From positions 56,174,001-56,238,000 of the forward strand of contig OZ076409.1 of the NCBI GenBank assembly GCA_964187785.1: DNA of 64,000 nt, read 5' to 3'. Under the pieces are notes generated by a model. That model saw only the letters and a list, made by a program, of their open reading frames with translations, did no database searches and was not told the origin of the DNA. Shown in pieces: positions 50,701 through 62,040 of the stretch; position 1 is the stretch's first letter; each line of letters begins with the position of its first letter. This DNA comes from Amphiscolops sp. MND2022. Lineage: Eukaryota. The position numbers were made by a program, and so were the translations under genes.

Positions 50701-52325
50701 TTGTTGGGGTTATAACTCACATTTATCAGTTGTTTTTTCTTATTAGATACATCATTGTTGATATTGCACTCTATGCATAAAGTCTGAAAAAAGAATGTAA
50801 AAGAAATCTACTTTCCGCCTTTTTGTAGATATTGTTTTATTTGAGATATACTGACGTACTGAATTGAAATTCTTCAATTGTCATAGAAAGTTTTGATATT
50901 AGGCTAGTAAAACTAAATGGAGAACACTGCAGTCTCGAAAAAAAAACGCGAAGCCAAACTTCCATAGATTTTGAACTTGTGCAGATTTGAAGAGTAGAGT
51001 ATAATCTACTCGAAGTATTTCATATCAATGAAATCAAATCAGGACCACCAATAGTAAAGTTTCTCAATTTCGTTATCTGACATTTTTAGTCGGCGCTTTT
51101 CTAGGGAAAAGCGACCGACTCTTACAATGGCTAGTTTTTTTTCTTTTTTTTTTCGTCAGACTACAATCTCACGCTGATCGGGCCACTTTTCTTACAATCA
51201 AAACTACTAAAACTACTACCAAGGCCAAGTCCGGTCAGCGGAAATTAGTGCAAAAGAGTCCCCCTTTCATTTTTTTACTATTTTAACGTTACCTACAAAA
51301 CCGGACGAGACTAAAGGGTCCCCCCTTTCGATTTTTTTCGGCATTGTGCGACTTTTTTCGAACATTTTTTAATGTTTCAAAAGAGTCCCCCTTTCGAGTT
51401 TTTTGATATTTTGCAATAGAGTATATGTTAATAAAGCCCAAAGGGTCCCCCCTTTTACATTTTTCGGCACTATGCGACATTTTCTGAAAGAGAAAAAATT
51501 CAAAAATTTCAAGTTTTTTTTCAAAAAAAAGTCTTTTGCGCTTTTTGAGCCTTAGATATAGCACCGACTTTAGACGTTCCCGTCTTAATATATTCGAATT
51601 ATACCGTTCAACTCGCCGGTTCGGTCTCGTGTTTCCTTTAACCGGTTATTATGTGCAGTCCTACAACAGCAAACTTGGCTATATATGTCTCAACACTTAC
51701 ACGTAACCAATTTAACACGTTCTATAGAATCTAAAAGCTCGAATTTGTAGGTCCAATAGCAGTAGATTAAATCAAAAATCAACTTGACTAGTTTAAATAG
51801 AAAAACCTACTTCATCCTGAATTCATACACGCAGAAATGCTACGCAAAAAACCTATCTCACTTGTATTATTGCTGTCATTGGAAGCGGTGCCCGAAACAG
51901 TGGGCGAAGCATCAGTATTGGTGGGAGCAGTTGCATTACTGCCAGAAGTGGCACTTTCTTGTTTCTAAAAATCAGATAACCAATAAAGAAACAGTTTTCG
52001 ATAGAAGCTCGAAGAAACTCTAATCGTCTGATGATCTCGTGAAAAGTCACTTTGAGTTTTAGAATGTTCATGATCATGAAGACACAACACTTGATAGCAA
52101 TTACTTCGAACATAATTAGAAATTCAGAGATAATTTATTTGTCAAAACGAAAATCAAGTGGAAAACATTATGGGGGATCATAATTTCAAAGAAATACCCA
52201 AGCCGCTATTAGATAGCAAAATGAATCCACAAAAAAATAGTATGAAAAAGGGTTATGAAAGCTATATATTAGGCACACCTCACCTCACGTCGGGCCGCAA
52301 TGATTGCCCGAATATCTGTCGGCAT
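32746..52325 (-). CDS. piwi: PIWI-clade Argonaute, 965 aa. Exons 52325-52284, 51964-51862, 47784-47446, 47265-47061, 46941-46705, 44575-44495, 44389-44276, 43887-43617, 41655-41387, 41162-41020, 40789-40653, 40058-39840, 38593-38396, 33812-33430, 32902-32746
   Basis: All introns are GT-AG, phases are consistent and the exons total 2898 nt. PIWI-clade motifs include LEIWPGY, DVSHRVVR, PAZ 'VLTRYNKKTYRIDDIHWD...QPLL', 'LVPELCHLTGL', MID 'RYNAVKK...SQCI...AKMGG', PIWI 'GMDVYH', 'FRDGVGDGQ', 'VQKRI', 'SQHVRQGTVTPT', '[21 protein letters not shown]' and C-terminal LWYL. The first two exons are less certain than the rest. Confidence 0.95.
33860..34180. mobile_element. MITE with ~40-bp imperfect TIRs and 8-bp TSD (tatagaat), in piwi intron
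   Basis: TSD at 33852-33859 and 34181-34188. The left end cgtagcaagacaattcgtacacaagacgtttc matches the reverse complement of the right end, cggcaccacgacaatttgtacataggacgtttc. Confidence 0.8.
35160..35610. repeat. Interspersed repeat, copy 1 (copy 2 at ~37230-37725)
   Basis: Shared blocks such as catttgaatgcaggcgaag, ggcgtacgaatgcataa, actcactgccgaacaaaatatctg and ctgctatcgcagaaataataa. Confidence 0.85.
36050..36461. repeat. Non-autonomous repeat family with internal aagggtccccc units ending in ...gccgacttgggccgttcccggcttgtt. Further copies at ~45460-45672, ~45880-46328 and ~51250-51587
   Basis: The 3' motif gcctt(a/g)gatat(a/g)gcgccgacttgggccgtt(c/t)ccggcttgtt and the internal tandem units recur in four places. 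Confidence 0.8.
37230..37725. repeat. Interspersed repeat, copy 2 of the family at 35160-35610
   Basis: Collinear similarity to 35160-35610. Confidence 0.85.
39080..39543. mobile_element. hAT-type MITE (14-bp TIR, 8-bp TSD taaggaac), in piwi intron
   Basis: TSD at 39072-39079 and 39544-39551; TIR tagagatgggcgcc / ggcgcccacctcta; subterminal cgccgccgcc repeats. Confidence 0.88.
41812..42401. mobile_element. piggyBac-like MITE (TTAA TSD), copy 1
   Basis: ttaa|ccttaacttggcca...tggccaacttaagg|ttaa, 590 bp. Confidence 0.9.
42527..43116. mobile_element. piggyBac-like MITE (TTAA TSD), copy 2
   Basis: The same 590-bp element 715 bp downstream, with its own TTAA flanks. I saw only one substitution between the copies. 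Confidence 0.9.
48880..50830 (-). mobile_element. Degenerate CR1/L2-like LINE (APE + RT) in piwi intron 2
   Basis: APE C-terminal 'PTRISGNCESLLDYVIT' (50317-50613), 'AAFLDLSRAFNS' (~49505-49470), and 'QGVPQWTVLGPLFFNIHVND...YADDT' (49182-49451). Confidence 0.88.
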
Positions 52326-53174
52326 TTCGGCACAAAATCTAAAAACAAGCGATGGTTGTTGAATGAACAAACAACTTTGTTTGAATAGTTTTATTTTTGG
52401 TAAATAAAACTTTGCTTGAAACTATTTTGCGTTTAGTAGACACGTAGAAAAGAAAGGAAAGACTTTATTGAGCAAGCATGACAAAATTGTGAACAAATCA
52501 AGAATCATGAGTTGAGAAAAAAAGCTAACAAACGTGTATCGTGATTTTATTGGCTGACATGTAAAAACATTAATGTGCTCATTGAATGAATATTCTAGTT
52601 CTCTCAACATACAGCCCGCCTTGAAGTATATTGACTTCAACCTTTTTTCATCCAGTAGGTTCGATTAGGGCCATAATTTGACGTGTAACATGAAATCGCT
52701 CATAAGGGAGCCACTTTGTATGTGCGACTCAGAGGATATTAATGCCAAAATTTTCAAGATTTCAACAATGGATTCCCACATAGACCGATTTGAGGGTTAG
52801 GGTTGCGCAAGCAGTTACTCATGGATCTGTAGCAGGTGCTAGTAACAAACTTATGCCCAAAAATTCAAACGAGTCATTGGGGAGCCACTGAAAAGTGACT
52901 CAAATAGTGAATTGTGTCGATTTGGGACCTAACAGTCGTTTCGGTGTGGACCTAATGCACCTAAAGTCCAATGGACTACACAGAAATCAGAAGATGCAAA
53001 TTGTGGGAAAACTTGGGAAAATTTCCCTAAACGTAACTTTCGGTAATCAGGGTCGCTACTTTAAGAAAGACACCATTGTAAAGAAAGACAATGTTAGAAA
53101 TTATGTTGAAAGACATAATAGTGAAAAAGAATACGAAATCAGGATTGGATGAGTCCTATTCATGTTTATTAGAC

Positions 53175-53655
53175 GGCGGTGGGCGTTTGGATCGAATGAA
53201 TTTGCGCGAATATGCAATCTGTCACTGAGATCGAAGTAAAATGGTCAAAGAAAATGAGATCGAATCCATGTTTTCAAATACCTAGCGTTTTCAAATAACA
53301 ATGTTTTTGGCCGTCGGATATGCCTCCATTTCCTCTAATGCCCCGCGGCCCCTTGGGGCCGCTTATGTTCCCATCTTGCTAAGCGAGGTCGAACAGGAGC
53401 AAAGACCTAGCGGGAACGGAGATCGCGAAGCGATCGTAGTGGGAGCTGGTCCTTGCGACGGTGAGGGCGAGCGTGCATACACCGTATATGATCCCATATT
53501 AGGTGGGGAAAACTACCTAAATAATTTTAAACGCTTTTAAACACTTTACAGGAGCAAAACCTAGCAAAATCGGAAAAATTCGATCTCAAAACCTTCGATC
53601 CATTTTCGATCTCGCTTTTCGCTCACACAAAAATTCGATCCAAAAATACCCCACC
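53175..53655. mobile_element. MITE with 9-bp TSD (ttattagac; Mutator-like) carrying a GC-rich core
   Basis: TSD at 53166-53174 and 53656-53664; TIR gg..tttggatcgaat / attcgatccaaaaataccccacc. Confidence 0.75.
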
Positions 53656-53733
53656 TTATTAGACGATCCGACACTTGAAAATTCGGAAAAGGTGGTCAAA
53701 CCGTCTCTTTGTGGCCGTTTACTGGGGGTTGGA

Positions 53734-54661
53734 GGCGACGTATAACCAGGTCGAAAAAGTTTGGTCGAAAAAACTGAGGTCGAAACTGGTCGAAAAATAA
53801 TTGGGTCGAAATTGAATATGTAGCATTTTTTGATCGAACGATTAAGGTCGAAATGCTTTTCAAGATAGAATTAAGTCGAAAAAATTAACCAACAATCTTA
53901 TTTAATCTAATTTCAGGTTTGGTTATGGGTGACCGCGGTCGTGAACACATCAAATGGCAGAGACTTTTAGTTTATATAATGTGGGGCATATGCGATGTAT
54001 GCACGCTCGCCCTCACCGTCGCAAAGACCAGCTCCCACTACGATCGCTTCGCGACGTTCGGCACAAGGACGTTTCGGCACAAGACGTTTCGGCAACAAGA
54101 TGGCGGAAGACGTTTCGGCAACTTTTTGTTGCCGAAACGTCTTTGGTGCCGAAACGTCTTCACAGCAGGTGAAAGACGTTTCGGCAACAAATTTTCAGTA
54201 CTTTCCCCTTCTAATGTGGGGGCATATTCGGTCTATGCAGGCTCGCCCTCACCGTCGCAAAGACCAGCTCCCACTACGATCGCTTCGCGATCTCCGTTTC
54301 CGCTAGGTCTTTGCTCCTGTTCGACCTCGCTTAGCAAGATGGGAATATAAGCGGCCCCAAGGGGCCGCGGGGCACTAGAGGAAATGGGGACATATCTGAG
54401 GCACGTTTTGTACTAAAAAAACCGCGTTAAAGTTCGTCCATTCTGCAAAAAATCGCATTTTTGAACGTTTTGACATTTTTTGAGCAATTCTGACCACTTT
54501 CTAGTTGTTCGACGCTTTTCCTATTTTTCTATTCGGTATAGGTCCGTTTTTTGCAAACTTTCGACCATTTTCTTCGATCATTTTACTTCGATCAATTTCG
54601 TTCGATCACAGTTTCGCCCTTGCAATTCGACCGGATTATTTCGACCCGTTTCGTGTCACCC
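53734..54661. mobile_element. MITE with 9-bp TSD (ggggttgga), gtcgaaa-repeat arms, the same GC-rich core and a nested cgtttcggca array
   Basis: TSD at 53725-53733 and 54662-54670. Left end ggcgacgtataaccaggtcgaaa versus right-end reverse complement ggtgacacgaaacgggtcgaaa. Confidence 0.75.
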
Positions 54662-55421
54662 GGGGTTGGATAATCTAGTCGAAAATACTAATGTAATTTG
54701 AAAGATACCAGTTTTTTCATTTTAACATTTTCAATTACCTGTGGAAAGTACAATTAAACAGAACTTTCGTTTTTCATTTGCAATTCGTGGGAAGTTTTTA
54801 ATCCGGTGGATATAGAGACGCAATGATGGAATGATGAGACAATAGAGACGTTCCGACAGTAGGAATTTATTATGCTAGCATCGATGACGTCATTCATGTG
54901 ATGAGTTCAATCGAATATTCGTTCCAATTTTGACCGATCAGAGCTCTCCATTCAAAGTTGTCATAGCATTATTACCACATAAGCTTGATGGCGCATTACT
55001 TTTTTTCTTTCCTCTATCAGATATCATGGATCTTCATCAATCAAGTGCCATGTATCTTGGGTCAGGGACATTTCGTCACCAGCCATTTGGGCGACAATAT
55101 GGCGTCGGTCACATGGGCGACAAAAGTGTCGACCAAATGGGTTGATCAAATTGATCAATTAACTGATATATTTAAAGAGGTTAGCATATTTGTTGTAAGG
55201 CTTCGCTCCCTTCGCCAAGTAGCAATATTGAGGCATGGCCATTTGGCACGTCGCTTCGCTCCTGCATTCAGGGAACTAGGGGTATGTGAACATATCTGAC
55301 TACGTCATAAAAATTTCGATCCGAGTTGCTTCGATCCCATTCAAAAATTTGGTATGTCGACCTGAGGACTAACTCTGATTTTCGATTCCGTTCCTTCGAC
55401 CTATTTCCGCCAACCCTCACT

Positions 55422-55948
55422 GGTTACCAGTCACTTGGCCTAATACCATTTGGCTTAATTTTTTCGTCGAGTCATTTGACTTAAAAATTTTAAACCAAGT
55501 GAACACAAAATTAAGCCAACTCCATTCCAACTCAAGGAATAAATATGTCAACTCCCGAAAATATCATAATGTGGGGCATTTGCGGTGTATGCACGCTCGC
55601 CCTCACCGTCGCAAAGACCAGTTCCCACTACGATCGCTTCGCGATCTTCGTTCCCGCTAGGTCTTTGCTCCTGTTGGACCTCGATTAGCAAGATGGGCAT
55701 ATATGCGGCCTCAAGGGGCCGCAGGACACTAGAGGAAACGGGGACATATCCGAGGGGTACTTGATATGACATGTTATAATAATAGGCTGACTACGTTATG
55801 AAGATAAATTCGACAACATCTGCCACGTGTTTTCAACTAAGTGGTTTTAAGTCAAATGACTTTAAGCCGAGTGACCAATTCCCGAGACACTTAGCTTAAA
55901 AAAGTTAAGCCAAGTGACCAATTGTATTGAGCCCAGTGACCATTTACC
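55422..55948. mobile_element. MITE with ttggcttaa/ttaagccaa-repeat arms carrying the same GC-rich core
   Basis: Left end ggttaccagtcacttggcctaatac versus right-end reverse complement ggtaaatggtcactgggctcaatac. Core at 55568-55753. Confidence 0.7.
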
Positions 55949-56084
55949 CCCCCCCCCCCCCACTATAGCAGTAGCAAGAAGAAACAACCAACAAATTACT
56001 CATACCAGCCCTTACAGTCGACCGGTGAAATTTTCTTTTAAAGCTGCAATGATATAGAGGTTTGAAAAATAGCTATATGTAATA

Positions 56085-58700
56085 ATTTTCTTCGAACGCA
56101 TCTCTGTCGCTCACAGTTCCTAGAACACAGGCAGCATTGCCAATCTGAAGAGCCATTGAAATCCGTTGCTTCAAACAGCTGCCAACTCGTTGATCGTCGT
56201 GCGAACGACAGAGCATTTTACAGACGCGTGATGAAAATTTCACTGCTTTCGCCTAAAGTACCATTTACTTCCAAGGCTACCGGTTGAAAAGAGTATCCAT
56301 TGTCTATTAATTCGCGTTACTTCTCAATTTTACGCGCTTCAGCATCGGTGGCGGAGGTTCCCGGGTTGCATTAAGAGCCTTGATTCAGACAGCTGTGTGC
56401 AAGAGCATCTACAACCGTGACATCCCACACCAGCTGTTTACCCATTTCCCAAGGAATCATGGTAACTCCGTCTTGGCGTTTGCATTAGTTCGGTACAGTC
56501 CAAGCGGCTCGAGCACTGAAGGCAAGTCGAGAGATCCCAACATCTGCTTTATGAGAATTGAAAGTAGCATGACGTGAGAAGCGACCAGCACACTTGGTGC
56601 AAGAAAGACCGTGTAAACCATCCCGTTCAACTTTTAACACAGTGGCACGCATGCCCAACACAGATGTTGGCACCGAGACGCAAACCAATTGAAATCCGAA
56701 GCTGCTGATCACCAAATTCCAAGCCTAGGTTCTTGCAAGGAACGACGTTGAGCCATTGAGACCCGAACTTGCCTTGATGAGCGTTAAAAACTTTCGAACG
56801 TTTGTCATCCATTCTAGAAATCAAATCTTGGGCTGTTTTGACGTAGACTGGTTGTGTCCACTTTTTCTGAGTTCCATCGAGAGGACTTTCCTGTTCATTT
56901 GTCAAACACAACCATTTTTCAAGCGCTTTTGTACACGAAACATCTTCGAATGTTTCTGAGAAAGTCACTCTCACCAAAAGCTGAAGCCAGAAAGGCAGGA
57001 AATGCTGATAAGGATGCGGATGAAACCCCAAGACCGCCCATCTCAGCTGGCAGAGCCAGCTGAGTCCTCGAATTGTTGTCGAAGTTCACGTTACGAACTT
57101 TGGAAAGCCCGTCGCGTACGGTTTTGTCATATTTTTCCAAGAGAACTGGATGATTGAAACATGTACTGGTTCTCAGGAAGTACAACAACTTTGGCAGGTT
57201 GAAGAAATTTTTCAACATAAAAAACTATAGTGCGCATCTAGTTTTTCAACAATTCCATTAACTTTTTCCAGCTCAATAATTTTCTTTTCCAATAAGTTTG
57301 CTTGTGATTTCGGGCCGAGAGGTGAACCGAGAATGATGAGTTTTTGGAAAAATGATAGAATTGCCAATCGTCGTTTTTCAGTGATGACACCTAGTAAAAA
57401 AATTTTCTCATTTCGTGGGTTTAATTTTGAGCCCTAGTGTTTTTTCCGCGTCAACAATTTGTTTGAGATCTTTTAAAATGGTTCTGTAATCATCATTTAA
57501 ATTTCCAAGTCAAGGTACCATAAGTTCGTTTTCGAGTCCAGACTGTCAATCAGATCCTGAATGGAATCCGATAAAAAAGCTGGAGACTCAGGATCTCCTT
57601 GCTGGATACCCTTGCTGGGTTTTCTTTGGGCTGGGGGCTTTCTATCAATCAACGGAAAACATGTCAGGCCAATTCAGCGCCCCTTTTGGTGACTACACCT
57701 ACTTGTCGATTTTCATATCTTGCTTTACGTGATTCGAAGACATGGTATCCGGCACATTTCACTGTGAACCGGCGGAAAGTATTGCCTACAGCGATAGGAC
57801 GAAGTCCTCCATCGGGCTTTTTAGCGCAATTAGTTTCGCACCAAAGAAGTAAGGCTGAAGTTCGAAAGGTACTTTTCCTTCGAGAATCACATTCAAAAGA
57901 TTTGTTAGGGCTCGGAGAAAATTCAGTCCAGTTTGCCCGTTCGACTTGGCAGTCAAATCTTTCAAAATTTGGGGCGAAATGCCAACCAACCCTGCACTAA
58001 AGCCGTAGGGGAAGGACATGAGAGCCTTGTGGACAAAAAATTCCGAGGTTGAGAAACAATCGACATCTGTGGGGTCCGGAACAGAACAAGTTTCTCTCTG
58101 CGGATGTTTCAGCTTGAGGGCAGCGTAGTCGTCGGCCGGGAAATCTGCAATCTTGTCATCGCCTACTGCCATTTTGATTCCGTCTAACATAACCTTCGTC
58201 TAATTTAGAACAAATGGAACGCAGTCGTCGATCTAACTAGCTTTTTTGCTGCGGTTTTCTGTCGCGTTTCTGTTTTTTCTCAATGACACCATCCCGAATC
58301 CCGAATACGCTTGTTGATAATGGCACTGAAGGATGACCCCTGACGTTTACTTCCTCGATGTGGTTTTTATAAAAAAAGAGCTTAGAGAGGAGAGCAGTAA
58401 GCACCACAAGGCAATATTTGACGGGGTTTCACAAATATCATTAATTCTGGGTATCAAGTTTTCAGCTAGGGGGATCCGTGAGTTTTTAGGAACTCTTCTC
58501 AAGTGAACAACGCCTGAATTAAAAAAGTGTCTGGTCTGAAGTTATCATCCTGACACTGAGATATTGTGTTTACTAAAGAGCACCTACTACATTAAAGTTG
58601 GCAAGGCTCGGGGCGCATTTTATATGAACCCATCCGTTGCAAAGCCTACAATTTATCCAGTCTATCAACCCTGAGGGCATCAAACACCTCAGAGCGTTGC
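56085..58700 (-). mobile_element. Degenerate CRE-like non-LTR retrotransposon (RT + restriction-like endonuclease)
   Basis: 'FFGAKLIALK..GLRPIAVG', 'GDP.SP', 'WYLD', 'LALPAEMGGLG', the Cys/His region 'CVGHACHC...GLHGLSC...RH', and the RLE-like 'DGVTMIPW...WDVTVVD'. Frameshifted. Confidence 0.85.
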
Positions 58701-59150
58701 AGGTTTCGTTGTTTTTCATCACAACTCAACCTCGAAACCTAACCACTTGCAGAAATATCACATTTGGGTGTGTGCCAATATCCCCAAAAAAATCACAACA
58801 GTGAAGCAATTCGTATATGGAACAAAACCTTGAATTGATAAAATGAAGTGTTAATGGAACTATCTCACCGGGTTGTGATGGTTCTTTCAGCTCAAGTGCG
58901 GCGACGAACCAACAAAACAGCGTCAGAGATGTTGTCCAGTTGTCTCAAATTCAAATCATTGCCATCCCTGAAGCTATTCAACAAGCACATCGCAACATTT
59001 AGGCTCCACATTACTTTCTTTGCGTGTAGTCGCTGTTTTATCAATTTGCGAAGAAAATATACATACAAGAGACGCTCTGTCAAATTTTACAAGTTTAATC
59101 AATCAACGCTGGATATTTGATTATTTTCGAAATTAATCTTTCTTGGAATT

Positions 59151-61098
59151 ATGTCTGAGCAAAGCTTCGACTTGTTTTCGAACCTCACAGAAGTTGCTGG
59201 GCTTTGTTATTCCCCAATTGCAAACGATGCGCTCCGTCGAGTTACCAGTCAGATGCTAGAAGAAGCAGGGAACGAAATTTCAGAAACAGTCTGCGAACAA
59301 GTCCCAAACAAGGATACCGAGCAATCAATTGAGAGGGAACACTCCACATCTACACCAGTTGGGCCCGACAAAACAAAAAAGAGCTGCAGGAAATCCCGAT
59401 ATATGCAAAAATTGGCTCTGAAAAGGGAAACGCCCGAAGCAGGATCGTCTCAAGTGTTGTTTAGATTGCTCCAGGAATTATGCCAATATGAGACAGCATC
59501 TGACAAAGACGCACCAGCTTTCGAAAAGGCACCACAATATCTTGTTATCCTTCCACAGAACGTAGATCTGCACCTCTACGGTGTATCAGTGTAACAGTTG
59601 TTGTGTATCTTTTACTGGAAGAAAAAGACACAAAAAATCCTGCAAAAATCTTCAAATTATTCGTGTACGAGCGGACTCCGCAGACGAGTTTCCAGTTGAC
59701 ATCAAGGAGTATGTTCCCACACCACCTGGAAACATCTCCCAAGTAGATCGCTTACTCGCAGAGTACGATGAAAACCGATTTTATTCAGGAGACCAACCTG
59801 TGACCCCCTTCCAAAAGAACTTTCTGATCAAAGTTGTGGATGTAACGAAACTGTTCAGAAAGCCAATGCACTTGACGATTGTGTTCAACCAAGTTCTTTC
59901 CGAGAAAAAATAAACCTTCCAAACAATCCGCAAGTTCCTTTTCGAATTGTCTAGACTCATTGAGTCTTGCAAGTGCTACAAGCGGAAAGAATATAGTTTC
60001 AACCATTGCTTGATTACTGGAGAATTGAGGACACTACTACAAAGCCCAGCAAAAAAATCCGCAAAAGAAGTCAACAGCAGGATGATACACAGGTTTGACA
60101 AGGTACCCAATCTGTATCAAGTCGCCCATCTCAGACAAATGGTCAAAGAACTACTGCGAAATCACCCATCAAAAGCTTTCACTTATGTGGAATACCTGAG
60201 TCTGTTGGTCTTTCTGGTGCACTCGGAGTCGAATTGCCGTGTAGGACCCTTGTTGCAACTTTCTCAAGAAGAATTTGATGGAATGAAGAATAAGAAAGTC
60301 CTAACAACTTTCGAGCACAAAACGGGGTCCAACTTCCCAACTTCATTCAAACAACTGAAGAAAACCGCAAGAGGATCGAAGACCTCGATGAAAAATTTGT
60401 TGAAGAAAGAGGCAGGGAGGACCCAATGTTTGCATTTCCATCACCAAGTAACAAAAAAATCACATGGCAGGAAAAGTACACAAAGGAGACCATAAAACGG
60501 TTTTTCGCCATTGATGACATGGACAACGTTCGCAAAGCCTGGGACAGTTACCGGACCAAAACAAACTTTGTGGATGGCACCGATGCGATCTTGTACCAAC
60601 CCAATACCGGCCATTCCGAGACCACACGCAACAAGTAGTACCTAAAACCATGCCAGAGGTTGAGATCATCAGGAGGAGGAGCAGGAAAAAGTAGATCAAG
60701 GAGAAGATAAAAATGAGGAACGATCCGACGAAGGCATTCATGACAGAGACGCCGTGACCCCTGATACAGTAGAGAACAGATCGGAGGATTCGGACAAATA
60801 AAATAGCGCAGACGAGACTCTATCCACCAAAAAAAGACCCCCTGACCCACTTGTAGAGAAAGCCAAAAAGTGGTCGGAGATTCGTGTCAAACTTTTGCGA
60901 TTCAAAGGACCTGAAGATCCCTTGCGAAAACAGCTAATTGCCTTATTCCATCAAGTTTGTGATCGTATGCAAAACATTCCTCGTGAGAAGCTCAAACAAT
61001 TGGCCAAAGCACAGGGTGCCAGCGATCACGAAGCCAGTATTATAGCTGAGAAAGCCGTAAAAATGGCCAGCAACGTGATGAAGAGTTTGGGCTACTAA
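59151..61098 (+). pseudogene. Degenerate tyrosine recombinase (phage-integrase fold) gene with an upstream zinc-finger-like motif; Crypton-like element candidate
   Basis: Ordered motifs 'ESNCRVGPLLQL' (R ~60238), 'FEHKT' (~60310-60324), 'NVRKAW' (~60525) and 'GHSETTRNK*Y' (~60609-60641), with 'YQCNSCCVSF..RKRH..SC' at ~59584. Several frameshifts and stops. Confidence 0.65.
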
Positions 61099-62040
61099 AC
61101 TGCCTACAATTGCTTTCAACTGTTTTTATATTAAGTTGTTGAGTTGTTCTTAGGTATACGTAACTTACTTTGACTTGTTACTTTTTGTTCAATGGTCTTT
61201 TCAGCCATTGATTGAAAAATTTGAGTTTTTTTTGCCCTAAAAAGTCTAAGCGTCTAGTATCAAGATAGAAATCTCACATAATTTATCTATAGTCACCTAA
61301 AAGGCTGGTCTAAAAGTTAGCAAAGCATCTAGAAAAGAAATTTTAAAACATCGTTTTTAAGATAAATTAAAACCTTCCCGGTTTGAAATTAAGAAAATAC
61401 GGACTGCTTCAAAATCATAAATAGGGTATCTCATCGGAACCTAAAAATTGTACGAAGCGTCTCTTTTGTCTCATTTCACTAGTATACAAATAGGTTTTCT
61501 CTGTAAATTACCTGAATCATCTCGAGCGGAACAGCTTTCAAAAATGAGTTAACGAAGCATCAGACACGTCCATTGATACATTAAAAAGAAATTAGATTCA
61601 ATCTCTATGATTTCTACCTTGGTTTTGCCAGAGTATCTAGTATAATCCGAATGAGGGGTCAAAAGGTATAGTATAAACTTTGAAAAGTGTCAGAGCGTAT
61701 CCGATAACCGTCATCAGACAGATACTTGAAACAAATTTTGTGCTTGCAAAAAATGTCCACAATTTAGATAATAAAAATCAAAAACAGCGAAAATCCAAAT
61801 TTTCTGAACAAAAAACTTTCAATTTTCACACAATTGATAAAAGTGAGCCTTTTGTTTTGCCTGGCTTTAACTTCCGACCCACGTCTCAGTTTTATTGAAC
61901 TTGTGACTTAATCACTAGAAACTGGTTCATTTTTGATTACTGCTTTTGGGAAAAAAGACACGACTATAGCGGTAGTTTTTTAATACCAGCAAACCGACAG
62001 GTATCAAAAGCAAATCTGTGAGTTAGAAGGCATTTTGACT

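Noticed and set aside
53745..54195. Short repeated units (gtcgaaa; cgtttcggca) resembling a CRISPR array
   Set aside because: The units are under 12 bp, irregularly spaced and part of MITE arms. There are no unique spacers or cas genes, and the context is eukaryotic.
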